Part shown: positions 18,549 to 27,726 of the stretch, one piece after another
Position numbering within the stretch: position 1 is the stretch's first letter
Layout: each line of letters starts with the position of its first letter
Source of the DNA: Candidatus Poribacteria bacterium
GTDB taxonomy: Bacteria > Poribacteria > WGA-4E > JAJDTR01
Assembly (NCBI GenBank): GCA_965222225.1
Contig: CBDCTK010000002.1
Coordinates: 1,344,001 to 1,408,000 of the forward strand
Direction of reading: 5' to 3'
DNA length: 64,000 bases
Notes under the pieces: generated by a model
Databases searched by the model: none
What the model was told of the DNA's origin: nothing
Seen by the model: only the letters and a program-made list of their open reading frames with translations
Position numbers and translations under genes: made by a program

Positions 18549-19693
18549 GATATGCCTCCATTTCTCTCTTATAGAGATGTATTTTAGTGTGAATCAAGAT
18601 TCCGAACACTGTCTAAAGTTATTGTACATTAAGAAGAGAAAAGCAAGCAAATCGACCAAAAAGCAGTTAACTACTAAGTCCCTAGTTCAATTGAAGTGGT
18701 TGATGGTCAGCAGCGCCTAAATACAATTCTGAAATTTGTCAGCAACGAACTGACATTAGAGGGGGCCGATGACATTAACTATCTTTCGCAAAAGAATGTC
18801 TACTATAGTGGGAAAAAGTTTTCGCAGCTTCCTCCAAAATTTCAATCCGTCTTTAATGATTATCCACTCACGATTGTTTACTTGCCGCCCCGTCTCGATC
18901 TTGCTACAAGACTTGAAATATTTCGACGCATAAACGAAGGCGGCACTCCTCTAACCGCCCAAGATATTCGGCTTTCGTATTACAGCAAATCCAAATCTGT
19001 ATATTTCGTGCGCCTCGCCGGAATCTATGCAGACACGCCCCCAACAAATCGGATGATAACTGCCGCACGAAAAAAGGGCGTGGACAATCCGTGGAATCAA
19101 TACGCTAAACCGAAAATCTATTGGACCGACTGGTGGGAAGGAAAAGCCCAAGCAAAGGGACAGACTCCATCCGCAATGTTCCTCTGGTATCTCGTGTTCT
19201 CTCATCGAAACCAGTTGGATGATCTCGTTTCAACCAGAGGCACAATGCAGCATCTTTCAATGACATTTAATGGCTCAACAGAGCAAGCACTTGACACTTA
19301 TTGCGCACAATTGCAATTCACCGATACAGAGAATGGAGAGCCAATTTTTCCCACATGCGGGAATGGCTTAGAAGAAGGGTTCCAAAATTTTGTTAAATGG
19401 CTAGAAGTGATTCTCGCACGCGGGATGCCAGGGGTGAGCGTTGATAAATACAAGCAAATAGCCTTATTGATTGGGGCTGCCGTTGAGTTGAATCTTGATG
19501 CAAATGCGCTGAGTCATGATGCATGGGATGCAATAAGTGAATTTATACGCACCCCGCGGCGAGCAGGCGAAAGATGGCTTATCGAAAAAGGCGGGTATCC
19601 GGAACCGCGAGGACGTTGGAAGGGCACACGAGGTCAAAAAGCTCAATGTGACACTGCAAGGCTCCTTTTATTAAGGATTGTGGAAAACCATCC

Positions 19694-19966
19694 TTGAGCG
19701 CACTACCCCTAAATCTTCCCACATGTGACCCCAGCCTTCGTCATTTTCCAGTGGCGTGGAAGGAATCATATTTTCGCAGAAACTTCGACGAGAATCGTGG
19801 TGGTTATGTATGTCCGGACTGCAAGCAGGTGTTCTCCGGTCCAGCAGGCTTTCAGCACCTTGATGCCGATCACATTGTGCCTTATGCGAAAGGCGGGTTA
19901 ACCGAATGGGACAATCTTACACTGCGATGCAAACTGTGTAACGTGATAAAGAGTAGTAGGACGTAG
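19694..19966 (+). CDS. Stand-alone HNH endonuclease
   Basis: CPDC...ADHIVPYAKGGLTEWDNLTLRCKLCNVIK; TTG start overlaps the DUF262 TGA stop. Confidence 0.85.
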   Translation: MSALPLNLPTCDPSLRHFPVAWKESYFRRNFDENRGGYVCPDCKQVFSGPAGFQHLDADHIVPYAKGGLTEWDNLTLRCKLCNVIKSSRT

Positions 19967-20023
19967 AGAACTCACTCGGCCATCCCGTTATGTGACTGTT
20001 CTCCGTCAATTTCCTGCCCTACT

Positions 20024-20078
20024 TGGATTGACAAATCCACGCGGGTTTTCACTAGTGTGCCGTGGATTGGGCAATCCA
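20024..20078. promoter_or_regulatory. Tandem palindromic operator-like sites TGGATT-N4-AATCCA
   Basis: Copies at 20024-20039 (overlapping TTGACA) and 20063-20078; a third copy at 43610-43625. Confidence 0.55.
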
Positions 20079-20110
20079 CGGCGAGCAAGATGGCAAGAAG
20101 GGCTAGAAAA

Positions 20111-21313
20111 ATGAAGGTTTTCATGGCGTGCCTACTACTAGGGTTGTTATGCGGAATAACGCCCCCTCTGTTACCCGCACAGCAGGACCAAAGCCCACAA
20201 CATTCAGCACAGGGGGTAGAATCCCTCAAGAATCGTGTTCTAGGACTCGAAAAACAGCTTCAGATTGTGGAAAATGCTGAGAAAATGGAGTTGCAAGCGA
20301 AACTTGCTGAAGCAAATGCTAAGCTTCTCAATGCGGAGTTTAGCAAGTTCGAGCGCGAATTGAGGGATGCAAATAATGGATGGTTAATAAAATGGGGTAT
20401 ACTTGCCCTGACATTTCTAGGAGTAGTTGGAGCCGCTGTTCTAGCTTGGGGCAAATCTAGGACTAATCAATTAATTGCGGCTACAGTGGAAAAAAACCTC
20501 AACGGGTTTAAGGAGACCGTTAATCAAGTAAGCGAACTGCAAATTCAATTTGCGGGGGCCTTGAAAGAGTTAAGTGCACTGAAAAACAACCATAGGATAT
20601 TAGAAAAAGATTACACAGTGTTTATGTTGGACAGCTATTCTAGTTCGCCACTTCAAGACGAACATAGCCATCCTGAACAAGTCAAAGCACTACGTGAAGA
20701 AACTCTCTTCGAGATACTTACCGATGGAAAATATGACGATGTAAAACGCGATTTACGACTCAGATATACGGCTGTAGAAGTTTTAGTCGCGAGAGAATCT
20801 TCAAGAAAATCTCCTAAATTGGTTTTTCCTACATTGCAGCTTTTAAATTCGGCTTTAGACGCAGACTCAAGCATTGATTTGGAAACAGAGCGTTACTTGC
20901 CTAAAGTCACAAATTTGTTGGCACGCATGCACATGTCGCCAGCTCAGCAGGCGCTCGGTGATTTCCTCCACCATTTATTAACAGGAAATCCAAAACGGAA
21001 GGACTTATTCCTATCAGAAACTGTATCTTCACTTGCGGGAATTAGCGTGGAATTGAACATGTCAGACTCGACCTCTACATTAAAAACGGCAATACCCCAT
21101 TTGAAGAATCCCGATCAGAAAGTCATAACTGCATTGCTCCAGTTTTTTGACAGATTCAATGAACCAACAGGAATTGAAGATCTCCTAAAACATCACGGCA
21201 CAACTTTGGCATCTGACGTAGAGGAAGAATGCCTAGATTTATTGCAAAAACACAATCCTGAGTTTGTAAGAAACTGGCGATCAAGAGAAACAACGGACCA
21301 CACAGAATCATAA
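20111..21313 (+). CDS. Hypothetical membrane protein: signal peptide, coiled coil, TM helix, helical C-terminal region
   Basis: MKVFMACLLLGLLCG signal; heptad-rich segments; WGILALTFLGVVGAAVLAW TM; long ORF 8 nt upstream of res. Confidence 0.75.
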   Translation: MKVFMACLLLGLLCGITPPLLPAQQDQSPQHSAQGVESLKNRVLGLEKQLQIVENAEKMELQAKLAEANAKLLNAEFSKFERELRDANNGWLIKWGILALTFLGVVGAAVLAWGKSRTNQLIAATVEKNLNGFKETVNQVSELQIQFAGALKELSALKNNHRILEKDYTVFMLDSYSSSPLQDEHSHPEQVKALREETLFEILTDGKYDDVKRDLRLRYTAVEVLVARESSRKSPKLVFPTLQLLNSALDADSSIDLETERYLPKVTNLLARMHMSPAQQALGDFLHHLLTGNPKRKDLFLSETVSSLAGISVELNMSDSTSTLKTAIPHLKNPDQKVITALLQFFDRFNEPTGIEDLLKHHGTTLASDVEEECLDLLQKHNPEFVRNWRSRETTDHTES

Positions 21314-21321
21314 GACTCCCT

Positions 21322-24318
21322 ATGAACCACAACCAACTCGACATCCCAATCCAACCCGTTGAGCGCCCCATCCTGTGCAGCCCCTACGAAGAACCGAGCG
21401 CCCACTGGGTCTACGCCACCAAAACCGGTGAAGCCAGTCAGAATCCCGGACGGCGCGAAGCCGGTTACTGGTACAAAACTGAGCGCACGGGAACCGAGCA
21501 ACTTCAAATGCGTTTCGTTCAAGAAGAGGAGCGGGACGACCTGCCTCTGGTGAATGCGTTACGCGCCGATATCAAGAGGTGGCGTGAATCGAATTACCGG
21601 AACGCCACCAATGTGACGCGCGAACTGCTAAACCATTGGACGCGCGAGGATAAAGAACGGCGACTGTTTTTCTGCCAGCTTGAAGCCGTTGAGACGGTTA
21701 TCTGGCTCGCCGAAATTCGCCGCGCAGGCAAACGTACTGGTTTCAATCCCCAATTCACCGATGAAAATCTCAACGAGTTGGTTGACGCACCTGAATTAAC
21801 AGACCTCCCTGAGTTAATCCGTTACGGGTGCAAAATGGCGACCGGCAGCGGCAAGACGGTTGTGATGGCGATGTTGATTGCGTGGGCGTTCTGCAACCGC
21901 GGCAAAGTGCCCTCCGACGACCGCTTCCCGAAAGCCGCGCTGGTCGTCTGCCCCAACCTGACAATCAAAGAACGCCTTCAGGTGCTGCGCCCCGAATTGT
22001 CGGACAACTACTACGATGCGTTTGAACTTATCCCGACAAAACTCCGCCCGCTGCTCAACAGCGGGAAAGTGCTGGTAACCAACTGGCACCAATTCGCTCT
22101 GGAATCCCCACAGGCAGAGGGCGGCTCCACCTACTCCGTCGTGAACAAAGGCGAGGAGACGCCCGACGCTTTTGCGAAACGCGTGTTGGGCGAACTCCAT
22201 GAACGCGCGCCAATCATGGTGCTGAACGATGAGGGGCACCACGCATACCGACCCGCGCCTATCGATGAAAAAGAAAAACTTTCCCGCACCGAGAAGTCCG
22301 AACGCCAAGATGCCACTGTTTGGATTTCCGGCTTGGACCGGATGAACGCCGCCTGCGGTGTCCGTTTCTGCGTCGATCTCTCCGCCACGCCGTTCTACAT
22401 TCACGCCAGCGGGCACCCGGAGGGTACCCCCTTCCCTTGGCTCGTTAGCGATTTCGGATTGGTGGACGCCATCGAGAGCGGCATCACCAAGATTCCGCGA
22501 TTGCCCGTAAGCGACACCACCGGGCGCCCCGAGCCGAAATACTTCCGCCTGTGGCGCGCGGTTAACGACCAAATCCTGCCGGCAGATCGATTGCCGGGTA
22601 GAGCGAGGAAACCCAAACCGGAAGCCGTGTTTCGTGAAGCCCAGGATGCGCTAAACACCCTCGCCAGCCAGTGGGTAGAGCGCTTTGGCTACATCCAGCA
22701 GGCATCGGATGCTCAGGACAAAACGCCGCCGGTCATGATTATCGTCTGCGACAATACCAACATTGCGGAACTGTTTTTCCGAAAAATCTCCGGCGAAGAC
22801 GAGGTCGAGATTGTCGAAGAAAATGGGGGCAACCGAGGGCGCAGAAGACGAAATGGCACCAGGACAGTCTACGGACAGGGGACGGTGTTTCCCGACCTGC
22901 TATCCAACGAACAAGACCTGATGCGAACGCTGCGAATTGACAGCAAGATGTTGGCTGACGCGGAAAGCGAGGACCCGGGGAAGAACAGAGCTCAGGCGGC
23001 GGAAGACCTGCGCCAGATTGTCGCCACCATCGGCAAGCCCGGCAAGCCTGGCGAGCAGGTGCGATGCGTCGTGTCCGTGGCGATGTTGAACGAGGGTTGG
23101 GACGCCAACAACGTCACGCACATCCTCGGGCTGCGTGCCTTCACGAGCCAGCTCCTCTGCGAACAGGTGGTTGGCAGAGGTTTGCGGCGCATGAACTACA
23201 CTCCCGACCCCGAGACGGGATTGCTGACCGAGGAGTACGTTGATGTGTACGGCATCCCGTTTTCCGTGATTCCCTTCAAGGGACGCAAACCTGGAACGCT
23301 TGTGCCCGACTTGCCCAAGAATCATGTTCGCGCAATGCCGGAGCGGGAGCGCTTTGAGATACGCTTTCCCGTCGTTGAGGGCTACGCCTTCGCCCTAAGA
23401 AAGAACGAAATCAAGGCGGATATTAAAGCCATGGAACTGCTCTTCGTTGAACCTGAGCGAACGCCAATCGCCGTATTCGTCAAACCCGCCGTCGGCTACG
23501 ACACCGGCAATCCCTCCGCCTTGGGTCCCGGTCAATTCGAAGAGCAAAACCGCCAAGAATATTACAACACAACGCACATTCAAGCCATCAAGTTCGAGAT
23601 TGCGCGGCGAATAGTCCTAAATTTGGTCGGCGGGGGCGATTTCCAACCCGATAGTAGGAGCAATCCCAAGTTGCGGCTGCAATCTCGGCACCGTCTATTC
23701 CCCCAAGTGTACAGGCTGGTTGACGCTTACGTCGGAACAAAAGTCGACTTCCATGGGTGTAACCCGTGTGAGATTGGCCACGAGAAATATACCAATCGGA
23801 TAGTTGAGCGCCTGATGGCGGCTATCCAGCCAAACGAAGTGGAAGGAGAAACCCCGCTGCTGCCCATCCTGAATCGGTACAAACCCATCGGCACATCGGC
23901 GGAAGTCGACTTCATGACCACCCGCTCGTGCCACAGCACCGAGCGCAGCCAGATTAACCAAGTCGTTCTGGATACCGAGACGTGGGAGAGTTCAGCCTGC
24001 TTCCGGCTGGAGCGGTCTGATGTTGTAGATTACTATGTCCGCAACGACCATCTTGGCCTTGGCATTCCGTATGAGTACACCGACAACTCCCACAGCTACG
24101 AGCCCGATTTTGTCGTCCGACTCAAGAATGATGTCAGACTGATTTTGGAGATTAAAGGCTTCGAGACCGATCAGGAGCTTGCGAAATATGCAGGCGCGGA
24201 ACGATGGGTGTCCGCCGTCAACAACTGGAATGAACTTGGAAAATGGGAGTTCCATGTATGCCGCGACCCGCAGCTACTGGAGCGCGAGTTGGCCTACATC
24301 GTAAGATCAAGCGACTGA
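21322..24318 (+). CDS. res: Type III-like restriction endonuclease subunit (Res; DEAD/H helicase + PD-(D/E)xK nuclease)
   Basis: MATGSGKT, NDEGHH, LSATP, EGWD, EQVVGRGLRR, YEPDF...LEIKG. Confidence 0.9.
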   Translation: MNHNQLDIPIQPVERPILCSPYEEPSAHWVYATKTGEASQNPGRREAGYWYKTERTGTEQLQMRFVQEEERDDLPLVNALRADIKRWRESNYRNATNVTRELLNHWTREDKERRLFFCQLEAVETVIWLAEIRRAGKRTGFNPQFTDENLNELVDAPELTDLPELIRYGCKMATGSGKTVVMAMLIAWAFCNRGKVPSDDRFPKAALVVCPNLTIKERLQVLRPELSDNYYDAFELIPTKLRPLLNSGKVLVTNWHQFALESPQAEGGSTYSVVNKGEETPDAFAKRVLGELHERAPIMVLNDEGHHAYRPAPIDEKEKLSRTEKSERQDATVWISGLDRMNAACGVRFCVDLSATPFYIHASGHPEGTPFPWLVSDFGLVDAIESGITKIPRLPVSDTTGRPEPKYFRLWRAVNDQILPADRLPGRARKPKPEAVFREAQDALNTLASQWVERFGYIQQASDAQDKTPPVMIIVCDNTNIAELFFRKISGEDEVEIVEENGGNRGRRRRNGTRTVYGQGTVFPDLLSNEQDLMRTLRIDSKMLADAESEDPGKNRAQAAEDLRQIVATIGKPGKPGEQVRCVVSVAMLNEGWDANNVTHILGLRAFTSQLLCEQVVGRGLRRMNYTPDPETGLLTEEYVDVYGIPFSVIPFKGRKPGTLVPDLPKNHVRAMPERERFEIRFPVVEGYAFALRKNEIKADIKAMELLFVEPERTPIAVFVKPAVGYDTGNPSALGPGQFEEQNRQEYYNTTHIQAIKFEIARRIVLNLVGGGDFQPDSRSNPKLRLQSRHRLFPQVYRLVDAYVGTKVDFHGCNPCEIGHEKYTNRIVERLMAAIQPNEVEGETPLLPILNRYKPIGTSAEVDFMTTRSCHSTERSQINQVVLDTETWESSACFRLERSDVVDYYVRNDHLGLGIPYEYTDNSHSYEPDFVVRLKNDVRLILEIKGFETDQELAKYAGAERWVSAVNNWNELGKWEFHVCRDPQLLERELAYIVRSSD

Positions 24319-24481
24319 ATAAGGAGCGCGATAGAGATCCTAGCGCGATAAAACTCTTGCCAGCCGTTAAACCTTCGGATCGCTCGCCGCACATCAATGC
24401 ACCTGAAAGGCGACACGGCTTAAAACCTGCTCTTCCCGAGACAGCACGTAAATCCAAATCCCGGAGCGAGGCAATTCGTAA

Positions 24482-25687
24482 ATGGAATACGAAAATAAAA
24501 AGATAATCCTCGGTGTGACCGGCGGAATCGCCATTCACAAATCCCTCGACTTGGTGAGCCAATTGGTCAAGCAGGGCGTTTCGGTGCATGTAGTGATGAC
24601 AGAAAATGCGACGCGATTGGTTCAACCACTTCAATTCCAAGTCATATCGCGAAATCCGGTGTTGCTTGACCTTTTTGACGTAGGCGGCAAGTGGAAACCC
24701 CCGCATATCGACCTTGCTGAACGTGCGGACCTCCTGGCAATTGTGCCCGCGACGGCAAACTTCATCGGTAAAATGGCAAACGGCATTGCCGATGACGCAC
24801 TAACCACCGTCGCAATCTCAGCTCACTGCCCTGTCTTGATTGCACCAGCAATGGAAGAGCACATGTACCACAACCCGTATGTTAAGACGAACATCAAGAA
24901 ACTGAAATCGCACGGCGTCGAAATTGTAGACCCTCTCCACGGCGATCTTGCCTCCGGTCACCAAGGGATAGGACGATTGAATACTATTGACTGCATACTC
25001 AGTCGAGTGACTCATTTATTGACCGGGCGGCAAGATTTACAGGGAAAAAAGGTGGTGGTTACCGCCGGCCCAACGCGAGAATATATTGACCCTACCCGTT
25101 TCATTAGCAACCCATCCAGCGGGAAGATGGGATACGCCATCGCCGAAGTAGCCCAACGGCGCGGCGCGGATGTCACCCTCATCAGCGGTCCGGCGACAGT
25201 TTCGCCTCCTACCGGGGTCGAACTTTGTTTCGTTGAAACGGCGAGCGAGATGCAAGACGCGGTTCTTAAAGTGTACGATAATGTGAACATCGCCGTGATG
25301 GCAGCGGCTGTTTCGGATTACCGCCCGTTGAGATACTCAGCAAACAAAATTAAGAAAACTGCCGACACGCTGACCCTGCCCCTCGAAAGGAATCCTGATA
25401 TTGCCGAGATGCTTGGACAGCGCAAGAAAGAACAAATTTTAGTTTGTTTCGCTGCCGAGACGAACAATCTCTTGCAAAACGCCCAATCGAAGTTAATCAA
25501 CAAGAACTGTGATCTGATGGTAGCGAACGACATTCTAGCGAAAGGCGCAGGATTTGAAGAAGATACCAACATCGTAACGTTATTGGACAACTCAGACAAA
25601 CAGGAACAATTGCCCCTTCTATCCAAGAGAGGAGTTGCGGACATTATTTTGGATCGGGTCGTTGCGATGCTCGGAAAACGGGATTAA
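24482..25687 (+). CDS. coaBC: Phosphopantothenoylcysteine decarboxylase/ligase
   Basis: LGVTGGIA, PATANFIGK, TAGPTREYIDPTRFISNPSSGKMG, AAAVSDY, FAAET. Confidence 0.95.
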   Translation: MEYENKKIILGVTGGIAIHKSLDLVSQLVKQGVSVHVVMTENATRLVQPLQFQVISRNPVLLDLFDVGGKWKPPHIDLAERADLLAIVPATANFIGKMANGIADDALTTVAISAHCPVLIAPAMEEHMYHNPYVKTNIKKLKSHGVEIVDPLHGDLASGHQGIGRLNTIDCILSRVTHLLTGRQDLQGKKVVVTAGPTREYIDPTRFISNPSSGKMGYAIAEVAQRRGADVTLISGPATVSPPTGVELCFVETASEMQDAVLKVYDNVNIAVMAAAVSDYRPLRYSANKIKKTADTLTLPLERNPDIAEMLGQRKKEQILVCFAAETNNLLQNAQSKLINKNCDLMVANDILAKGAGFEEDTNIVTLLDNSDKQEQLPLLSKRGVADIILDRVVAMLGKRD

Positions 25688-25889
25688 CCAAAAGCTATAG
25701 AAGTATGGAAGAGTGGAAGATGTTAAGATTAAACGAGTGAAGGATGTGATTATCAAATCGTCGATAATCGCTACAAACCTAAAGACATCCAGCCAACAGA
25801 TTATGTATTTCAATAATAGGCGATTGATAAAAAAGTCGAACGCAATTAGGGGAGTTTTACTATCTCAGGCTCAAATCCTCTTCGCACGA

Positions 25890-26738
25890 ATGCTTCATCG
25901 CTTCCTAATTTTCGTGGCGTTCCTCGGTTCTTTCGGCTGCGGAGTGGATTCTCGGTCGGATCTGGAGCAGCCCAAGACGCGGGGTTCCCGGGACACAGTC
26001 GTGCAATTTCCACCGAGTGAGGCGGAGATGGTGTTGATTCCGGCAGGACTATTTGAGATGGGTAGCCATGATGGCGCACCTGATGAACAACCGGTGCACA
26101 CCGTTCGCCTCGCTGGATTCTACATCGACAAATACGAAGTTACCGTCGGGCAATACCGGCAGTTCGTTTGCGCAACGGGTGCGGCATTTCCTGATTGGGC
26201 AGAGGTGGCACGCTATGCTGAAACTGATCGTCACCCCATGGTCAATGTCAGTTGGTACGATGCTATTGCTTACGCCAAATGGGCGGGAAAAACCCTCCCC
26301 ACGGAAGCACAATGGGAATATGCGGCACGCGGCGGATTCGAAATGAAGGCTTATCCTTGGGGAGATGAGGCGCTCAACGTAAAAAAGGCAAATTATGAAA
26401 AGTCTGGCGTCGGAAAAACGGTTCCGGTCGGTTCATATCCTGCCAACGGCTACGGATTGCACGATATGGTGGGCAACGTGTGGGAGTGGTGCATTGATGA
26501 GTACATCACGGATTTCTATACTACGAACTCCAACAAGAATCCAATCGCAGGACCACCAATATCTCTTTTGGATGATAGCTTTCGAGAAGTCATCACACGT
26601 CGTGTAGTTCGTGGCGGCGGTTGGGATGCCGCCTCGCGTAGACTTCGCGTTGCATATCGCGATGGAAACGGACCAAGAGGCAAGGTCGATAGCGTCGGTT
26701 TTCGTTGTGTCCGCTCAACAAGGTCGGCAGTCAATTAA
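25890..26738 (+). CDS. FGE-sulfatase domain lipoprotein
   Basis: Lipobox-like SFGC after the ATG at 25890; FEMGS, LPTEAQWEYAARGG, DMVGNVWEW, VGFRC. Confidence 0.85.
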   Translation: MLHRFLIFVAFLGSFGCGVDSRSDLEQPKTRGSRDTVVQFPPSEAEMVLIPAGLFEMGSHDGAPDEQPVHTVRLAGFYIDKYEVTVGQYRQFVCATGAAFPDWAEVARYAETDRHPMVNVSWYDAIAYAKWAGKTLPTEAQWEYAARGGFEMKAYPWGDEALNVKKANYEKSGVGKTVPVGSYPANGYGLHDMVGNVWEWCIDEYITDFYTTNSNKNPIAGPPISLLDDSFREVITRRVVRGGGWDAASRRLRVAYRDGNGPRGKVDSVGFRCVRSTRSAVN

Positions 26739-26773
26739 AAAACCCCGACGAATTACAGAAATTCATCGGGGTC
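26737..26773 (-). terminator. Rho-independent terminator between convergent genes
   Basis: ACCCCGA...TCGGGGT stem with a T-run on the minus strand. Confidence 0.65.
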
Positions 26774-26895
26774 AATAAATGTAGTTGATTCAAGCAACCT
26801 CAACCACACGGGTTGAGGCAATATTCAAAATGTTAGCGGCTCCCATGGGCTTTGTCGCCAGCCGCTTTACATTTGGAATACTTCGTGCCGCACAG

Positions 26896-27519
26896 TCAGT
26901 CGTAGCAAAACTGTTTGTCTAAGTCTTTCGCAAAAAAGAAGTCACCGCCATGTCCACAGTAGTGGATTTCCGTGTCGGAACCGGGCAGCGGCGCATAGAG
27001 ATAAAAAGCGGGCTTCAGTTTTGCGTTAATATCGCTGCCAGAAGGCGCCGCGGGTTTTGCTAAAACTTCAATGCCCTCCTTGGTAACCTTCAGGGATGAT
27101 GTCTTCTCGGCTGTAAAGCCGATAATTTCATAAGTCCCGAAATTCCCACCTTTGAATTGGTCGGGAACACTGATTGTGAATTTCCCTCTTCTCTTCCCGC
27201 CAGTATCGTTTCTCAGCCACCCCACTGGACCGATATATTCCGATCTCTGATTGACGGTGTCGTGTACCCACGCAAAAATAGATCGACGTCCTTCAGGCAT
27301 CTTTAACCCGATATAGCTACCTCTGAATTCGTTCTTTTCGGGGTCGTATATGATGGTTCCCTTCGGCCCTACATCGTTCTTGAAATCATAGCCGTCGATG
27401 AGTAAACTGCCGTACATTGGCTGAACTTTTGATTCTCCGTCCGCTTGGTTATAGATGCCAAATGCGGAAATGAAGATGGCAGTAATACACGTCAGTGTTA
27501 ATACAATCTTCCGTTTCAC
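26896..27519 (-). CDS. Hypothetical secreted protein
   Basis: AAGGAG RBS before GTG; signal peptide; upstream TTGGCA-17-TATAAT (27602-27630). Confidence 0.75.
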   Translation of the reverse strand: MKRKIVLTLTCITAIFISAFGIYNQADGESKVQPMYGSLLIDGYDFKNDVGPKGTIIYDPEKNEFRGSYIGLKMPEGRRSIFAWVHDTVNQRSEYIGPVGWLRNDTGGKRRGKFTISVPDQFKGGNFGTYEIIGFTAEKTSSLKVTKEGIEVLAKPAAPSGSDINAKLKPAFYLYAPLPGSDTEIHYCGHGGDFFFAKDLDKQFCYD

Positions 27520-27726
27520 AGAAAACTCCTTTCAAATTGTTGTATTTGAACGACCTGAGAGGTGCTAGCGCAATTCCCTCCTTGACTCAGTCATTGAACG
27601 TATTATATCATGAAGATACACTTGTGCCAACTCAAAAATTGCCAAAGTCGGAATGTGACACCGCCTAATCGTGTCAGAAGCTAATCCTTAATACTGAACC
27701 TGCTTAGAAGAGGAGACGAATTCGTA

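Larger units (their letters stand above)
17434..18682 (+). mobile_element. IS1595-family insertion sequence, copy 1 (1249 bp)
   Basis: Imperfect terminal IR CGGAATTAGTAG.../...CTACTAAGTCCC; 8-bp TSD TAGTTCAA at 17426-17433 and 18683-18690. Confidence 0.95.
17190..19697 (+). pseudogene. DUF262 (GmrSD/ParB-Srx-like) protein interrupted by IS1595; 416 aa after removing the IS and one TSD copy
   Basis: IPDYQR...W...LFIESLLNNLTIP before the IS; VVDGQQRL and IFRRINEGG after it. Rejoining gives in-frame ENQDSSIEVVDGQQR. Confidence 0.9.

Noticed and set aside
18388-18720. 110/77-aa sense ORF after the transposase
   Set aside because: No RBS or recognisable motif, its length differs between copies, and it is antisense to the better-supported 40-aa ORF.
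24319-24481. rpoZ remnant or att-like direct repeat at the island right edge
   Set aside because: No omega-like translation and no convincing match to the left edge; no integrase in the window.
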